This document shows, piece by piece, positions 25,956 through 38,373 of a stretch of DNA of 64,000 nt. The notes beneath the pieces are model-generated. The model worked only from the letters and a program-made list of their open reading frames with translations, was not told the origin of the DNA and did not search any database. Every line of letters begins with the position of its first letter. The stretch's first letter is position 1. The translations under genes and the position numbers were made by a program. The DNA is taken from positions 248,001 to 312,000 of the forward strand of contig JALDTO010000213.1 of NCBI GenBank assembly GCA_023515725.1, given 5' to 3'. The DNA is from Amoeboaphelidium protococcarum X5 (Eukaryota > Fungi > Aphelidiomycota).

Positions 25956-26529
25956 TATTCTCGTTGTATTCGTCTTAACCTGCAATGACCGTATATCGCT
26001 AATGAAACCGAGCCATTTTGTATAGCTTCCTTGTCTTTACGTACATACTGTTCTACCTGTATGCTTGCGTAATTTTAACAGATGTTTGACCTTGTTTGCT
26101 TGACTGTTATACGCCTTTCGAAAGACGTCAAAGTGGCACCAGGTACAAAACAATAACACTCCCGCCCCTCGAGCCTGTTTTGTAGCATTCTTCCTTTATT
26201 GTTACAAGGCTGTAAAAATAAGAGGTGAGACATTTATAGAGGTCTGTCAAGTAATGAAGATTGAGGCGTTAGCGAGTGATGGGTGATCAGGAGTTCGTCG
26301 CCTCTCTTCTTAAAAAGATTATGGAATTGTAATAAAATTTTATCTTGTGGAATTGAGGTTTCCATGCTTGAAAAAGAGGTCCATTGGAATGGTGGTTCCC
26401 GTGTCTCTGCCAGTACTGCTTGTACAAGCAGCCCACGTTACAAAATTTAATCGACAAAATATGGTTGACTTAGACACTGTGATATAGCGTGTTGATTAGC
26501 TATAACATGAGTTTACCCAATAAAGAAGC

Positions 26530-26655
26530 GATTATGATTAGAAGCTAGAAGATTAGATGATTGCTTATGATTAAAAGCTAGAAGAGTAATAGATTTCTTA
26601 TGACTAAAAGCTCGAAGATTAGATGATCGCTTATTATAAAGAGCTGGAAGATCAT
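26530..26655 (+). repeat. 33-bp tandem repeat encoding an 11-aa coiled-coil unit (YDQKLEDQMIA-like, ~4 copies)
   Basis: Lies within the short ORF 26461-26754 (MVDLDTVIQRVDQL...YDQKLEDQMIAYDQKLEEQQISYDQKLEDQMIAYYKELED). Confidence 0.75.
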
Positions 26656-27129
26656 AAGACATAGATTAGCTTATTGTAATCAGAGCTAGCTAAAATTTAG
26701 ATCAGTGAGCACTTTCGGCACGTTATTATAAGGGAGTAGATAAAGATGTTTTGATTGAATTTTGTAAAGAAGGGAGTTTTATTTAAAGTTTAGAATTAAA
26801 TGATGGGATGACATAATTGAAGCTACGTGACTCATGTTTTTAAGGCGGAATTGCATTTTTGGAATAAGAGTAAATAGTACATATCTAAAAGCTTGAAGTT
26901 TCATGATATGCATATGGAATCAATTGTTGAAACAATGGCTGGAATTGATGGCATTGACTATAATAAGAGTAATCCAGCTTTGGAATGTTTGAGTTTTCTT
27001 GTTGATTAAGATGAAAAGTTGCTTGAATTAATTGCAGCAGACTGGCCACCATCGATTGATGATGAGAATCCAAAGTAGTGCTATGAAAGAGCGCGTCGTG
27101 CACTGATACCAGAGATATTTTCTCTTTAA

Positions 27130-27640
27130 GGCGTGTGTTGTGCGTGTGGTATTAGTTCCCTCATTAACTGTATCCCGATGTAGAATTAGAGTAATAAATT
27201 AATTCTGAGTAGTGATCCTAAATTTGCGCCTTACTTGCATAAATTACGATTTGAATGTGGATTGAACAATAGTTGATTGCTATATATCGTTCCGCTGGAT
27301 GTCTTGTTAAGTTGAACACGTACGAAGGAAGTTAATTTGGTTTTAGAGGTCATCATTTCGCCATGGCATAGAATTCAGCTACATCGAGAGAGTCGTTAAT
27401 CAATGGCCTGTTTCAGCTCGGGTTTTATCACAGTCTACAGTATAACAATCATATTTGTTACTAAGCATTAGAATAGTGAAGATAAATCTATACTGAAATC
27501 CTTTACGCGATTATTCAGTGTGGATCCACGTAAAGTAATTAGTTGGCTACGGTTTTTGAAGGAATACTCTCGCGTTTATGCAAATGTATTTATAGAAGTT
27601 GGGTAGATTGAGTAGTTGAGTACTGACCCTGTTTTAAAAG
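27130..27640 (+). mobile_element. Helitron-associated DUF6570-like pseudogene fragment
   Basis: CCACG; IEQQLIAIYRSAGCLVKL...QFGFRGHHFAMAQN; FSVDPRKVISWLRFLKEYSRVYANVFI. The pieces fall in different frames. Confidence 0.6.
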
Positions 27641-28597
27641 AACTTGAGGCTAATCTAGAAGTGGTTGTGGATTAGACTTTGGTCGACATCGATTCAGACA
27701 AAGTTTGGAAGTAAGAGGGCCAATATATGATGCTGCCAAACTGTCTTTTGATCACCTGCAATCAAGCATTGTCTATGATAAAATTGACATTGCCTGCGTG
27801 CTTCTAGAAAGGAGTTATACACTCGTGCTAATGCGGTTAAAAGTGGATGAAGGTGTGACACCAAACTCTGATGTTTTCGAGAATTATAGAGTAGATTAAA
27901 TCTTTTACCGCGAATGGAAGGCCTGTCTCATAGTAGAAACTTGAAGAAACCATTGCTGTAGTTTCAAGCGGTGGATTTGCTGATGATCAAGATTCTGATT
28001 ATGTGTACAAATGTTTGTGGACTCCTATCAGCAAGAAAGTGTCCAGTCGCGTTCTATAGGCGGTCGTGACCAAGAAGGCCAAATAGAGTACCAAAGTGAC
28101 CAGGTCCATTGCTAGCATGGAATTACGCAGCCAAACTCCTACTCAAACGGATATTCTGACCTCCAAGAGATCAAGTTCTGTCTAGTCTTCACAAAACTAT
28201 TAAAAGTAAAGAAAGTGATCTTGAGGCCGTATAATATGTTGACTCCTTGTCTAAAGTCTTCATTAGTTTTTCAATTGACTTTTTGAGCCTCTATTCCGGC
28301 TGGATTTCCTTGATCATTCTACCGACAATTTGCTAGCAACATTTGACTATAAGACTCAAACTGTCCCGCATTACTCTTATTGTTGCCATCGGACAATTTA
28401 TGGGCCTCTCGTTTGATCGCCGCCACGATAGAAATCGCGTTTCACTTGAAGTTTCACCCAAGTTTTTCTTCTCTTTTCTTTACTCTGCATTGTAATTACT
28501 GTTCTGTGACTACTTCTGTCCAAGTAGAGCTAGTTTCCCTTTACTCCGTAGCTGAACTATATTTTGATAATCACAATTTATCTATTATCAAATAATT

Positions 28598-29680
28598 ATG
28601 CCAGATATTTGGGTAGAAGTTGGTGATACGGGAGTGGTGGATTCACATGGTGGAAAGTGGTATGCCTCCTCTGAGAATCCTGAGAATTTGTACTTTACCA
28701 AGCTATGGTGTCCGCCTGAGGGTGTGAAAACTGTTGCCACCCTGACTTTTGTTCATGGTATTGGTGAGCACTGTATGAGATATGACCATGTATTCAGTGC
28801 TTTGGCTCAGTAGAATGGTATAAAGACATTTTCATTTGATTAAAGAGGATTCGGTAGAACTGCTCTCTCCACTCCAGAATTCGGCACCAATAATAATAAT
28901 AGTCAAGATTAATAGTAGTAGTAGTAGTCGTTATAGTCTAAAGGACCTAAGTAATCTACATCTTCTAAAAATAATCTGTCGCAAGTTAGAAGCCGTCCAG
29001 TGTTAGGCGATGCTGGGACGTGGGATCAATGGATGGCTGATATTGATCGTGCCGTCAGAGGTGATGGTATTGTTAATTTCAGAGAGGACGGTGTACCTCA
29101 TTTCCTAATGGGACATTCTATGGGTGGTATGCTGGCTGTGGCTTACGTTCTGGAGCACGCTGAGTCTTCACAGAAGCATCTAGCCGGTGTCATCTCCTCT
29201 GCACCTGGATTCCGGCCAGCGTTTAGCATTCCGTACTTGAAGAGAAAGTTGGGTGTATTGGCTTCCAATATTCTACCAACTTTGAATATTCCGACTGGTA
29301 TTGATTCCACTGGTATTTCGAGTGATAGTGCTGTTGTGGAAAAGTATAACACTGACCCGTACGTGCACAAATACGGCTCGTTGCAGACCCTTAGCAGTGT
29401 GTTGGCCAAAGGAGAAGATTGTATTACCGTGCCTGATTACATTGCCAAATGGCCGCAGAAACTCCCATTGTTGGTCTCTTATGGCACTGCGGATAAGATC
29501 ACGTCTTTTGATGGTGGTAAGTTGTTTGTGGATAGTGTCACTTGTGATGATAAAACGTTTGAAGTGTTTGATGGCGCCTACCATGAAATCCATAACGAAC
29601 CGAATGGTGTCAAAGAGAAGGCTATCTAAACTTATGGCGACTGGATAGCTAAACGCGCTATGAGTACCTAAAAGTTATGA
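28598..29680 (+). CDS. Monoglyceride lipase / lysophospholipase (Yju3-like alpha/beta hydrolase, ~360 aa)
   Basis: FVHGIGEH, FD(TAA=Q)RGFGRT, nucleophile GHSMGG, GTADKIT, YHEIHNEP. TGA 29678-29680. Confidence 0.92.
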
Positions 29681-29730
29681 AATACTAGTAATGTAAATTT
29701 AATATTATTTTATAGTGTATTATCACGCAC

Positions 29731-30063
29731 TCAGTTCAAATTTATCGATACAGAAAATACAGTTACAATGGCATAGACGCTGTCGTTTTCATACTTGAAA
29801 GTCGCCACGCCATCTTTCGAGTCGTCCCAGAAGCACTTGTGAATGAGATGAAGTCCAGTGTCACTTCGCTATAGCAGACTGCACGTCACTATGTATTTAA
29901 ATGTGCGTTGTGTTGCAGTAAGCTCTTGTAAAAGTTCATCCACAATCAGCGTGTTCCAAATGGATGCATCCCCCGCATTGTACCTTTTCCCATCCAACAC
30001 TTTGCCGCACACTTTTTAAATCTTTTACTGCATTTCCTATTATCTCTACTTCAAATCTTCCAT
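29731..30063 (-). CDS. Dynein light chain, Tctex-1 family (~110 aa)
   Basis: Missed by the ORF track. Reads ...FKYIVTCSLLQRSDTGLHLIHKCFWDDSKDGVATFKYENDSVYAIVTVFSV. ATG 30063, TGA 29731. Confidence 0.9.
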
Positions 30064-30338
30064 CCTAATTCTATACTTGATTGCTGCTGAATATAATTCT
30101 TTTTTCTGATAAAAGGATTAAACTAGAACGCGGAAAAAGGCAAGTGGTTCAATTTTAACGCCAAATTCCGAAAAAAAGTTCGTTTCAGATGATGAAAGTG
30201 ATAAGAATTCCACAATTGGCGTAAACTATACTAAACGAATAATATGGTGAAAACACTGTTATGTAGAGCACATTTACTTGCTGAAAGTTCATTAGAATTA
30301 TATATATATATATATTGAATAAGTCTATATCATTAGAA

Positions 30339-31997
30339 TCAGAGCCTGTATCTGTCTAGGATTGACCAGGGAGATGGTTCATAACCTTTAGCCCATGGAG
30401 TGATCTGATCAAAGAACCAGTACTGCATAAACGCGAACACGCTGTAATATAGCAGGATGATGCATACCACCAAGTTGTAAAGGAGCGAGTTCTCAGCAAT
30501 CATGTATCTATTTAACGGCGTAATGTCTGCAATCACTAAATCCCGAATGGCATCTTGAACACTATTAAACATACACGTCATTATAAAGTTGCAGAATAGT
30601 ACTATGGCCATTGATGGATAATGCTTAAGTACGATCTACTTCAAATTCTACTCAGAGACTCTTATGGCTTTAATCAATGCTGGGATGCAATCATTCTCAA
30701 TTTCAATAGACTTGATCTCAAATAGGACATGAATGACATATTTCCAATCAGAATAAATGACTTGCCAGGTGAACAGGTTGTAATTGTTCAGCTTTATACC
30801 AAGTTTTCCATCACCAATAACAATAGGATTCAACTTTGGATCACATAACTTTATTGATATATCCACCTTTTAGTGTCGCATCCATTTCAATACCAGATTC
30901 ATGCAATACTTCTCAAAAGCGTCCGGTTGAGCGTACACAATAGTATTGCCACCACTACTTTGAGGATCAGGCTTTGGATACACGGCTAAATGTTTATGGT
31001 AAGTCAATAGATACGCCTCCAACATAATCCTGGGTGATGTTAGAAGAATAGTTAATGGATACTTTAACAATTATCGTACAATATTCCTAGCAGTAGCATC
31101 ACTTGGGCGCAATCTAACATACGCCATAAACTTCTTCACTCTTCCAGGTAAATGCTTTTCTAGTCCAGAAGTTTGATTATCATTGAAAGAAGACTGTGGC
31201 TATTTTAGATCAATTCCACCACCGTTAGAATGACTATTTTCTATATCACCTTCTTAATCTAACCAAAATATAATTCTCACGTCAACTAAGCCATCTTGAT
31301 GCAGGGCAGGATCAGTTAATTGTATTTCATAGTCTCCTCTAAGATCATTAAAAGGACTAACGTGGAACATTCTCTTCAACAGAAATCCATGGTCATATCC
31401 ACTACGACATTTTACAACCTTTACACCATCCACATTAACTTTATCACTTCCACACGGCAGAGTATATAAATGCGTCTCTCCGAACGTGTTATTGACTTCA
31501 AGAACGACAGCTAAAAGATAATCGCTGCTTTGACCATCAACACTGGTGGTGGCATAAGCATAATGGAAAGACACTGGATTGAAAGAGTAACCAAGCAGTC
31601 TAGGCATAGTTATAGTATGTACTCTCTGCAATACTCTGTTATCAGCATCAGAAGCAGCGGGAAGTAAACCTTTACTCATCAATAGTCTTTCAATGGCGTA
31701 GAATATTCCACGCCTATGCTATAGCCAAGACTCTTTATATTTTAATTATTATACTCCGCCAAATGGATCGGCAATAGCCATGTAGTCCGACTCATGAATG
31801 GATAGAAGGGATAGGTGAGAGTTTAGTTTGAATAGAGGCACCACACCAGCCCACACGGATTAGTCCGCAGAGTTCTTCAGATTTCCAACGTCCCTCACAA
31901 AATCAACACCAACATACCATACGGGATACTCAAATGTATGCTTCACCGGTATATACCGAGAGTGGTAAGTGTCTCCCTTATATAACTTTATGGTCAT
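30339..31997 (-). CDS. DUF1365 domain protein (~552 aa)
   Basis: HSRYIPVKHTFEYP, TMPRLLGYSFNPVSFHY, LEVNNTFGETHLY, FHVSPFN. ATG 31997, TGA 30339. Confidence 0.88.
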
Positions 31998-32273
31998 ATT
32001 ATATTGGTTTTAGTCGGCGATAAATTGACAAAACAGTACCACTTGGCGCGAAGGAAAGCAATTTCTATTGTTAGCGGGGGGAAAAGTCACTACAACACAT
32101 GGCGCGGTAAAAAACACCATAGCTGATTTATTATGGCGATTTAATGAAATATGGCAATATTTTTCAAACAGATTCAGCTGTATTTCATTCTCATTTATAG
32201 TTAACTTTCAACCTATTCACCTGTATTTCCAATTTTAATTGATTCATCAATATCATCTTGCGTATCACTTCAT

Positions 32274-35234
32274 TCACCACTAGCGCTGCTAGATAGACCA
32301 AGGCTTAGCGCGAGTCATCAAATTGAGCATCATTATGGACAGAGCATACACATCACCTGATTTCAAAATATACGGAGAAGTTTCGGTGAAGCGCATTCTG
32401 AACCTTGTGAATAGTTCAGGTGCAGCGTACGATAGAGACAGACCACGCTACTAGCTAACCTCGAAAGCTGTCACCAAGAGCGCACTATCGTCCGTGATAG
32501 CAGAAATTCCTAGATCAGACAGTATAGGTACTAGCCAGCCATTCTCATCTACATCCAAGAGCACATTCTGCGGCTTAAGATCACAGTGAACTATACCTTG
32601 ACTATGCATATAAGCAATCGTCTGCGACAAAATAAAGATCAGCTTATGCATCTGATTCTTGGACAGCGGATACATTTGCGACGTGGAGCTTTCACCTAAT
32701 ACATACTCAGCTAAAGCGCCAAGTGGATAGTACTTGATCAACATCACAGCTTCGTTTGTATCACAGAAGCCATGCAACTTCGTAATAAACGGAACATTCC
32801 TAAACTTGTAAAGCAGGCTAAGTTCTTGGTAGAAAGCCTACTTTTCACTAGCCTGTATCTGCGTGAATGGGAGAGTGCCCACCTTTGCAACCACTACTTC
32901 AGCAGATACGTTCTATACCAACTATGGAGCAAGAGGACGAGCCAAATAAATCTTGGACATTCCACCAGCAGCTATCTATTTTAAAATTTAAAAGTCAACG
33001 CCGTAGTTATATTTCAAGAACGCTGGGATGTAAATAGCATAATTAGTGGGCAGTGAAGTGGTTTACGTCTACATAGCTGTACCAAACACGGATGTAGTGA
33101 ACTGCTAGTTGGTAGTATTACCACCTGACGTTGTGGTAAAAGTACCATTGGGTCTTTAGCGACCGTAACGTCTCAGCATCAAGAGACTTCCCGCGATAGA
33201 TGCAAGAGCGATGACAATGTACGCCAAAATGCTCAGTGCTTAAACAGCTAATTAGCCACTAGGATTCTAATTTGCAGGTTGCACAAAATTCCGCAATTCT
33301 TGTGAACTGGTGCTAGTCCCTGCACCATCACCCAGAGGTCCGCAGTTTGGACATTCAAAGATAATTAAGGAGTGAGTGAGCGATTTAGACGAAGACGTGC
33401 CAACTTTGACACTGGAGGTAAGCACACTTGGAACAGCCACCGCAACAGCAGAAGAACTTTAAACAGTCATTTAACTTGACGTACTCGACCCGGCATAATC
33501 CGAAGCGGATGAACTCATTGAGGCAACAGCGGAGTCACTCTACATATTAAGGACAGAGTTGGTAGCAGAAGCTGCAAATGCGGTTGGAGTAGTAGTGACA
33601 GTGATAGTAAGAGCAATCGTAGTCGCTGTGGTAGGAGTCGTCGTAGTTGTAGTGGTGGTAGTCGTTGTAGTAGGAGTAGTAGTGGTAGTAGTCGTTGTCG
33701 TTGTGGTCGTAGTTGTCGTCGTAGGAGTAGTAGTTGTTGTCGTGGTCGTAGTTGTCGTCGTAGTCGTTGAGGTGGTAGTCGTTGTGGTTGTGGTAGGAGT
33801 AGTAGTCGTTGTCGTAGTTGTAGTGGTGGTAGTCGTTGTGGTAGGAGTAGTAGTTGTTGTCGTTGTCGTAGTCGTAGTCGTAGTTGTCGTCGTAGTTGTA
33901 GTAGTACTAGTAGTGGTTGATGTGGTGGTAGTCGTCGTTGTCGTTGTAGTCGTAGTCGTAGTTGTGGTCGTTGTAATCTTCTTAGTAGCAGTAGTCACCA
34001 TAGCCTAAAATGGTCTTTAATATGCATTTTCTACCTGCAAAACACCATACACATACACGTCAAAAGAGAAAACATGGGCAACATTAACGAGCCCCAACCC
34101 ATCAACTACTATTCCTTTGCCAATGTCATCCCAAGCACCACCAATAGTATATAACACCTAAGATAGGCCACGCGCAAAATTATCGGGATTAATCTCTACA
34201 AAGTAAGCATCTTTCGTGATGCCACCAACCTGTTCATAAGTAAAATAACCTTCAGAGATCAGCAAGTATTTACTCCATCCAGATACCCACACCTTACCAG
34301 AGAAGAAATCGACATCTATAGCCACCAATAGATCGTCCTCAGGAGAGCCATAAATCATACTTGACGAAATCCTAGAGCCACTTGAGCTAAATGAAGTTAG
34401 CCAGAAATCTAACCCTCCATAAGTTGGTTGTCCATCAATTGAACCACGGATGTAACCTGCTGCAAACACCTTGTCTTGCGCTAGATTGAGAGCGATGGCA
34501 TTGAACCCAGACTCAACATTAGCAGAGAATTCAGATACCAGTTGGCCGTTGATTGGAGAATAGACTCCAAAGTAGGCATAAAAACCATCAATGACACCAC
34601 CAACGTATACATATCCATTCGCGGCTTTAGACACAACAACAGATCTGAACTCACAGCCACCCGTTGCAGCCTTTTAGATGGTCCAGACATGAGAGCTATC
34701 AGCTCTATACTTGGCAAGGAAACACTAAGATTATGCAGAGTAAACATCGGGGCCATTGTTTATCTTACCATTAGTATAGCCAGCGACATACACAACCTAA
34801 TTGTAAGAATCCACAAAGACAGTATTGGGGACATCCAGATACTATGAGCCAAATATCATGGTCCAGATCACGGTACCGACACGATTTAACTTGACCAGAG
34901 TGGCATCACCACCACCAATTAGTGTTTGACCATTGAAAGCTGTTGTGCACGAGCCAATCGCGTAAATTTCTTGAGTAGCAGTGTCAATGCTGAGCGCAGA
35001 AAGTTCATTGCCTGTACCTTGACCAAATGTTATTGTGCGGATACCCGTTTGAGTGGCAGGGGCAAAATTGTACAGCCCGTAGAGACCATTCTTGGAGCCC
35101 GACATCCAGATACTACCATCAGAGCTCAGCCTAACACCAGTGGTTGAGGTAAGGACATCATTGTATCTTGTTACCGCAGCCAGGGAGAGTTATGGCAAAA
35201 GGAGAGGCAGCAATATACACCAAAAGCTTATCAT
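32274..35234 (-). CDS. Receptor-like kinase: signal peptide, SBBP-like beta-propeller, Thr-rich stalk, TM, kinase (C-lobe truncated); copy 1 (~986 aa)
   Basis: Signal MISFWCILLPLLLPQLSLA; DATLVKL...WTMIFGS propeller repeats; poly-Thr; TM LSILAYIVIALASIAGSLLML; kinase motifs AGG, VAKV, HCDLKPQN, DLG, YAAPE. Confidence 0.85.
33560..33980 (-). repeat. ACN-codon Thr/Pro low-complexity tract (mucin-like stalk)
   Basis: (acn)n tract inside the receptor kinase. Confidence 0.95.
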
Positions 35235-35872
35235 AGTACAGGATTATCTCTCTCTTTATACTAAAAAAATCTTGAGTAGATAAGAGTGATGATAAGGAGA
35301 AAAAATCCCACAATTATATCATACTCGCCGCGAATGCGCTCGTTATGCATTTATATCGACCAAAAATAGCATTCCTGTCCCAATCAGATATCTGGATCAT
35401 GAGGAAAATATAGTGTGTGGAAGTAAGAAAATTTTACTATTACTCATTAGTATGAAGCCTTGGCAAATAATTTTTAAATTAGGCTCAAACCCGTATCTAG
35501 AGAATGGGATGCATGTGAAGTTGATAGTGAGATAATGGATATTGTTGATCAACATCGCCATACTCAACCAGGTGGTAGGATTCGAAAATGAAGTGAGGTC
35601 CAGGATATAGCCGCAATCTCTCAGCTAAAGCTTGAATGTTGAAGATGTTAGATTTGCTATGTTTATCGCCGAATTTTTAATTAGCGTACGCCATTTAAAC
35701 TTTAACATTGGAGGTTGATATTCTGGCTCGCTCATGTACAGTATACGCGATCTGAAACAAGGACTTCTGAAACGAAGTTAAAATTGTTCCATAATCTTCG
35801 TGGCTCAATCTTAATCTATGTCAATTTAATGTGCATCCTTACTTGATTTGTGCACATAATAATTCTTCCAGC

Positions 35873-36538
35873 ATGATGAATGCCCCTACTTACTCTATGG
35901 ATTTACCATCCCTGAATGTACCGAACGTTCAACTATCCGGACCTTTGTAAAGAGGTCAAGTTGTTAGTGTGAACCATGCTGTTGCTGCGTCGAATGATTT
36001 GAAGTTAATTGAAGCCAAGAGAACGCTGAACGCGGTTGATGATGCTACTCTGGCGAAAGCCAAGGTAAGAAATCGTCTGATTGAAGCGGAGACTGTGCCG
36101 TTGTTCTTCTCTGACGCTGCTGGTGATATTGGAGGAGCCCCTCCTTATATGCTGCCATTACTTCAATTGCCGCAACAGATTCGTGAATTGCGTGCTGAGA
36201 TTCGTGAGTCGGGTGCTGAATTGCGTGCTGCGTCTAATGCTTAATTCATTCAAATGGACGTGAATGTAAAGAAGTTAATCAATGGTACTCGTGGTGATGG
36301 ATTCTATTCTCCTTATGAGTAGGTTCCGGTCAATGTTAACGGCATCCCCCATTTACCAACCGATGCTGGATTGCCTGCGTTAACCAGTGTAAGCGTTATT
36401 AATCAGTTAACGGTAGATTAGTTGCGTGATTCGATGGCATTCTACGGTTTGGACTTTGAGGACTTGGAAGAGGACGAAGCAGAACATCGCATGAAAATAG
36501 CCCTATTGGATCATATTGGTAGCATCACCAAAATCTGA
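35873..36538 (+). CDS. Mug135-like protein (coiled coil + Mug135 C-terminal domain), copy 1 (~221 aa)
   Basis: NGTRGDGFYSPYEQVP...LPALTSVSVINQLTVDQLRDSMAFYGL...KIALLDHIG resembles the fungal Mug135_C domain. Confidence 0.65.
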
Positions 36539-36829
36539 TCAAACTGCCAGATCTTTCATATTCTAGCTCTATGTCTCTCTTCCTCTCTCTCTATTTCCCC
36601 AAAAATTCCTAATAATGAATTATTGAAAATACATTTCAAAATGTCTTCTGTGAATTACTTGAAGTATTGCCAATATGAACCAAATAAAATCAAGATTGAG
36701 CGTATACATGAGTGGTGTTGTATGAAACGATCGCGAAACTTATCGGTAGTGAAGAATGGAATGGCTCGATCTATCACATTCTATAGCTTTTAAATCACCT
36801 TTCAACATACTCTATAATCACCATGATCA

Positions 36830-38032
36830 TCACTTTTCCTTGAGAAGATACTTGTTACTGATCACCTTGAAAGTCATATCACCGTCCACCTACTTGAATA
36901 CAATACCCTCACGCTCACAACTTCCCGTCTTACTGATGACACTTTTACCTTCAGCAAACTTCAGTAATTCGTCAAAATTAGCACTAATATTCTGAATGCT
37001 CTCAGTTTGGCAACTAACTGGCACATGTTTCAATCCCATCTTTTAGATCAGTTAACGACGATCAGCAGGACGCAGATATGACGCGTCTTGTACGTTATAA
37101 ACATCGAATACATGGAATTCCAAAGCCTCAAGTTTATAAATGTTGCCTTAGATTTTTGGACCGATCAGCTCTCCTTGAATAGCAAAATCACCCATTGACA
37201 TAGAGCGCATCTTGTCTTCAATACTATAGTTGCGTGCAGTCTGCCAAAAGGGATCGCTCTCAGTCTCATCTAAATCACAATTGCGACTGCACACACCAAA
37301 TTTACCATCAATTAAGTAGCAAGTCATGCTGCTACCTTCCAACTTTTCCGTAATTTCAAATTGAATACCAGCCTATCTTGCAGATTCAATCTCTTGCACT
37401 ATATTCTACACACGTTCCTGATCAGTCTTGCGGATAGCAGACGGGAAACTTTTCAGAGGTTGTTGGTTGTTATCACTGCCAGTGTATTCACGAACAGGCC
37501 GTTCCCACTTTTTTATACCTAATTGCTCTGTAACATCATCTCCCACGTGCCATTCACCGTCCTTTAGCACTTGATTACATGGCATCAACAGTCCCTGACT
37601 CAACTGACCGCGCAGCTTAACAGTGCGCAGACGCTCACCTTTTACGCCTTCAAATTCACGAGGCTCTTTACCTTTGCACAAGTACGGGGCCAACTCATAG
37701 GGAATCCAGCAATCAATCTCAAAATATACGGCCAAGCTCCCTGGGCTGAACTCTCCTTTCTTAACAACAACTTTCCAGCCACCGACAGTGGCGCATTCAA
37801 TGGTATCAGCGCCATCAATTGGCTTAAGAGTATCGATTTTTCGGATCGTGGCCAGTTTACGCATTCTTACACTGGAATTAGTAGTGGTAGATGACAAGTG
37901 CCTGATTTGTCTTTTTTACTAGGACTGGTATAACAACGATGCCTGTTACTAATATCTATACAAACCGCTAGTACGAATTAATGTGTTTGTGCGCGTCTAG
38001 TTTCTGTAGCAACGCGTCAAATGTCTCAGCAT
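36830..38032 (-). CDS. ATP-dependent RNA ligase, DRB0094/Rnl5 family, with N-terminal presequence (~400 aa)
   Basis: MRKLATIRKI...IDGADTIECATVGGWKVVVKKGEF, LRGQLSQGL, KTDQERVQ; motif I TEKLEGSS, QGELIG, FDVY, REGIVFK, FKVISNKYLL. In-frame upstream ATG at 38032. Confidence 0.92.
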
Positions 38033-38373
38033 TATGAAATTAATGTGGTATAGTAGGAAGCTTACGACTCTAGAGCCAATTAAATTGTATGATTCGGTTT
38101 ATGGGACGATCAAGCTCGATAAAGTCCGCTAAGGATGGTAGCTTGAGAGCGCTTGCAAATGCTATGAGGGTTTATAAAAGTACGAGAAGCTCTAGGACCA
38201 AATTGTCTCAGCCAGTGTTTTAAACACCTGATGCAATAATACAAAAAATCAGTTGTTCTAGCAAATCTTTTATTCATAATGCGTTCACGGTTCTGCAAAT
38301 TATCATAATGTCATTTCATAATCGCAACTCCCAAATACAAGTATATTACTTTACACCTTATTTCGACATTTTA

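Larger units (their letters stand above)
32170..37801. repeat. Left arm of ~5.5 kb inverted segmental duplication
   Basis: Reverse-complement match to 55075-60470, including intergenic DNA. Confidence 0.95.

Noticed and set aside
30299-30315. (TA)n microsatellite
   Set aside because: Short and ordinary.
33559-34008. Poly-Val ORF (and 58867-59262, 58988-59266)
   Set aside because: Antisense or alternate-frame shadows of the Thr-rich stalk.
36756-36995. Identical 79-aa ORF present twice (also 55876-56115)
   Set aside because: Antisense to the ligase 3' end; the identity simply reflects the inverted duplication.
36830-38032. Bacterial contamination as the source of the ligase and HicA-like sequences
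   Set aside because: They use TAR=Gln, carry eukaryotic targeting-like leaders and are contiguous with eukaryotic genes.
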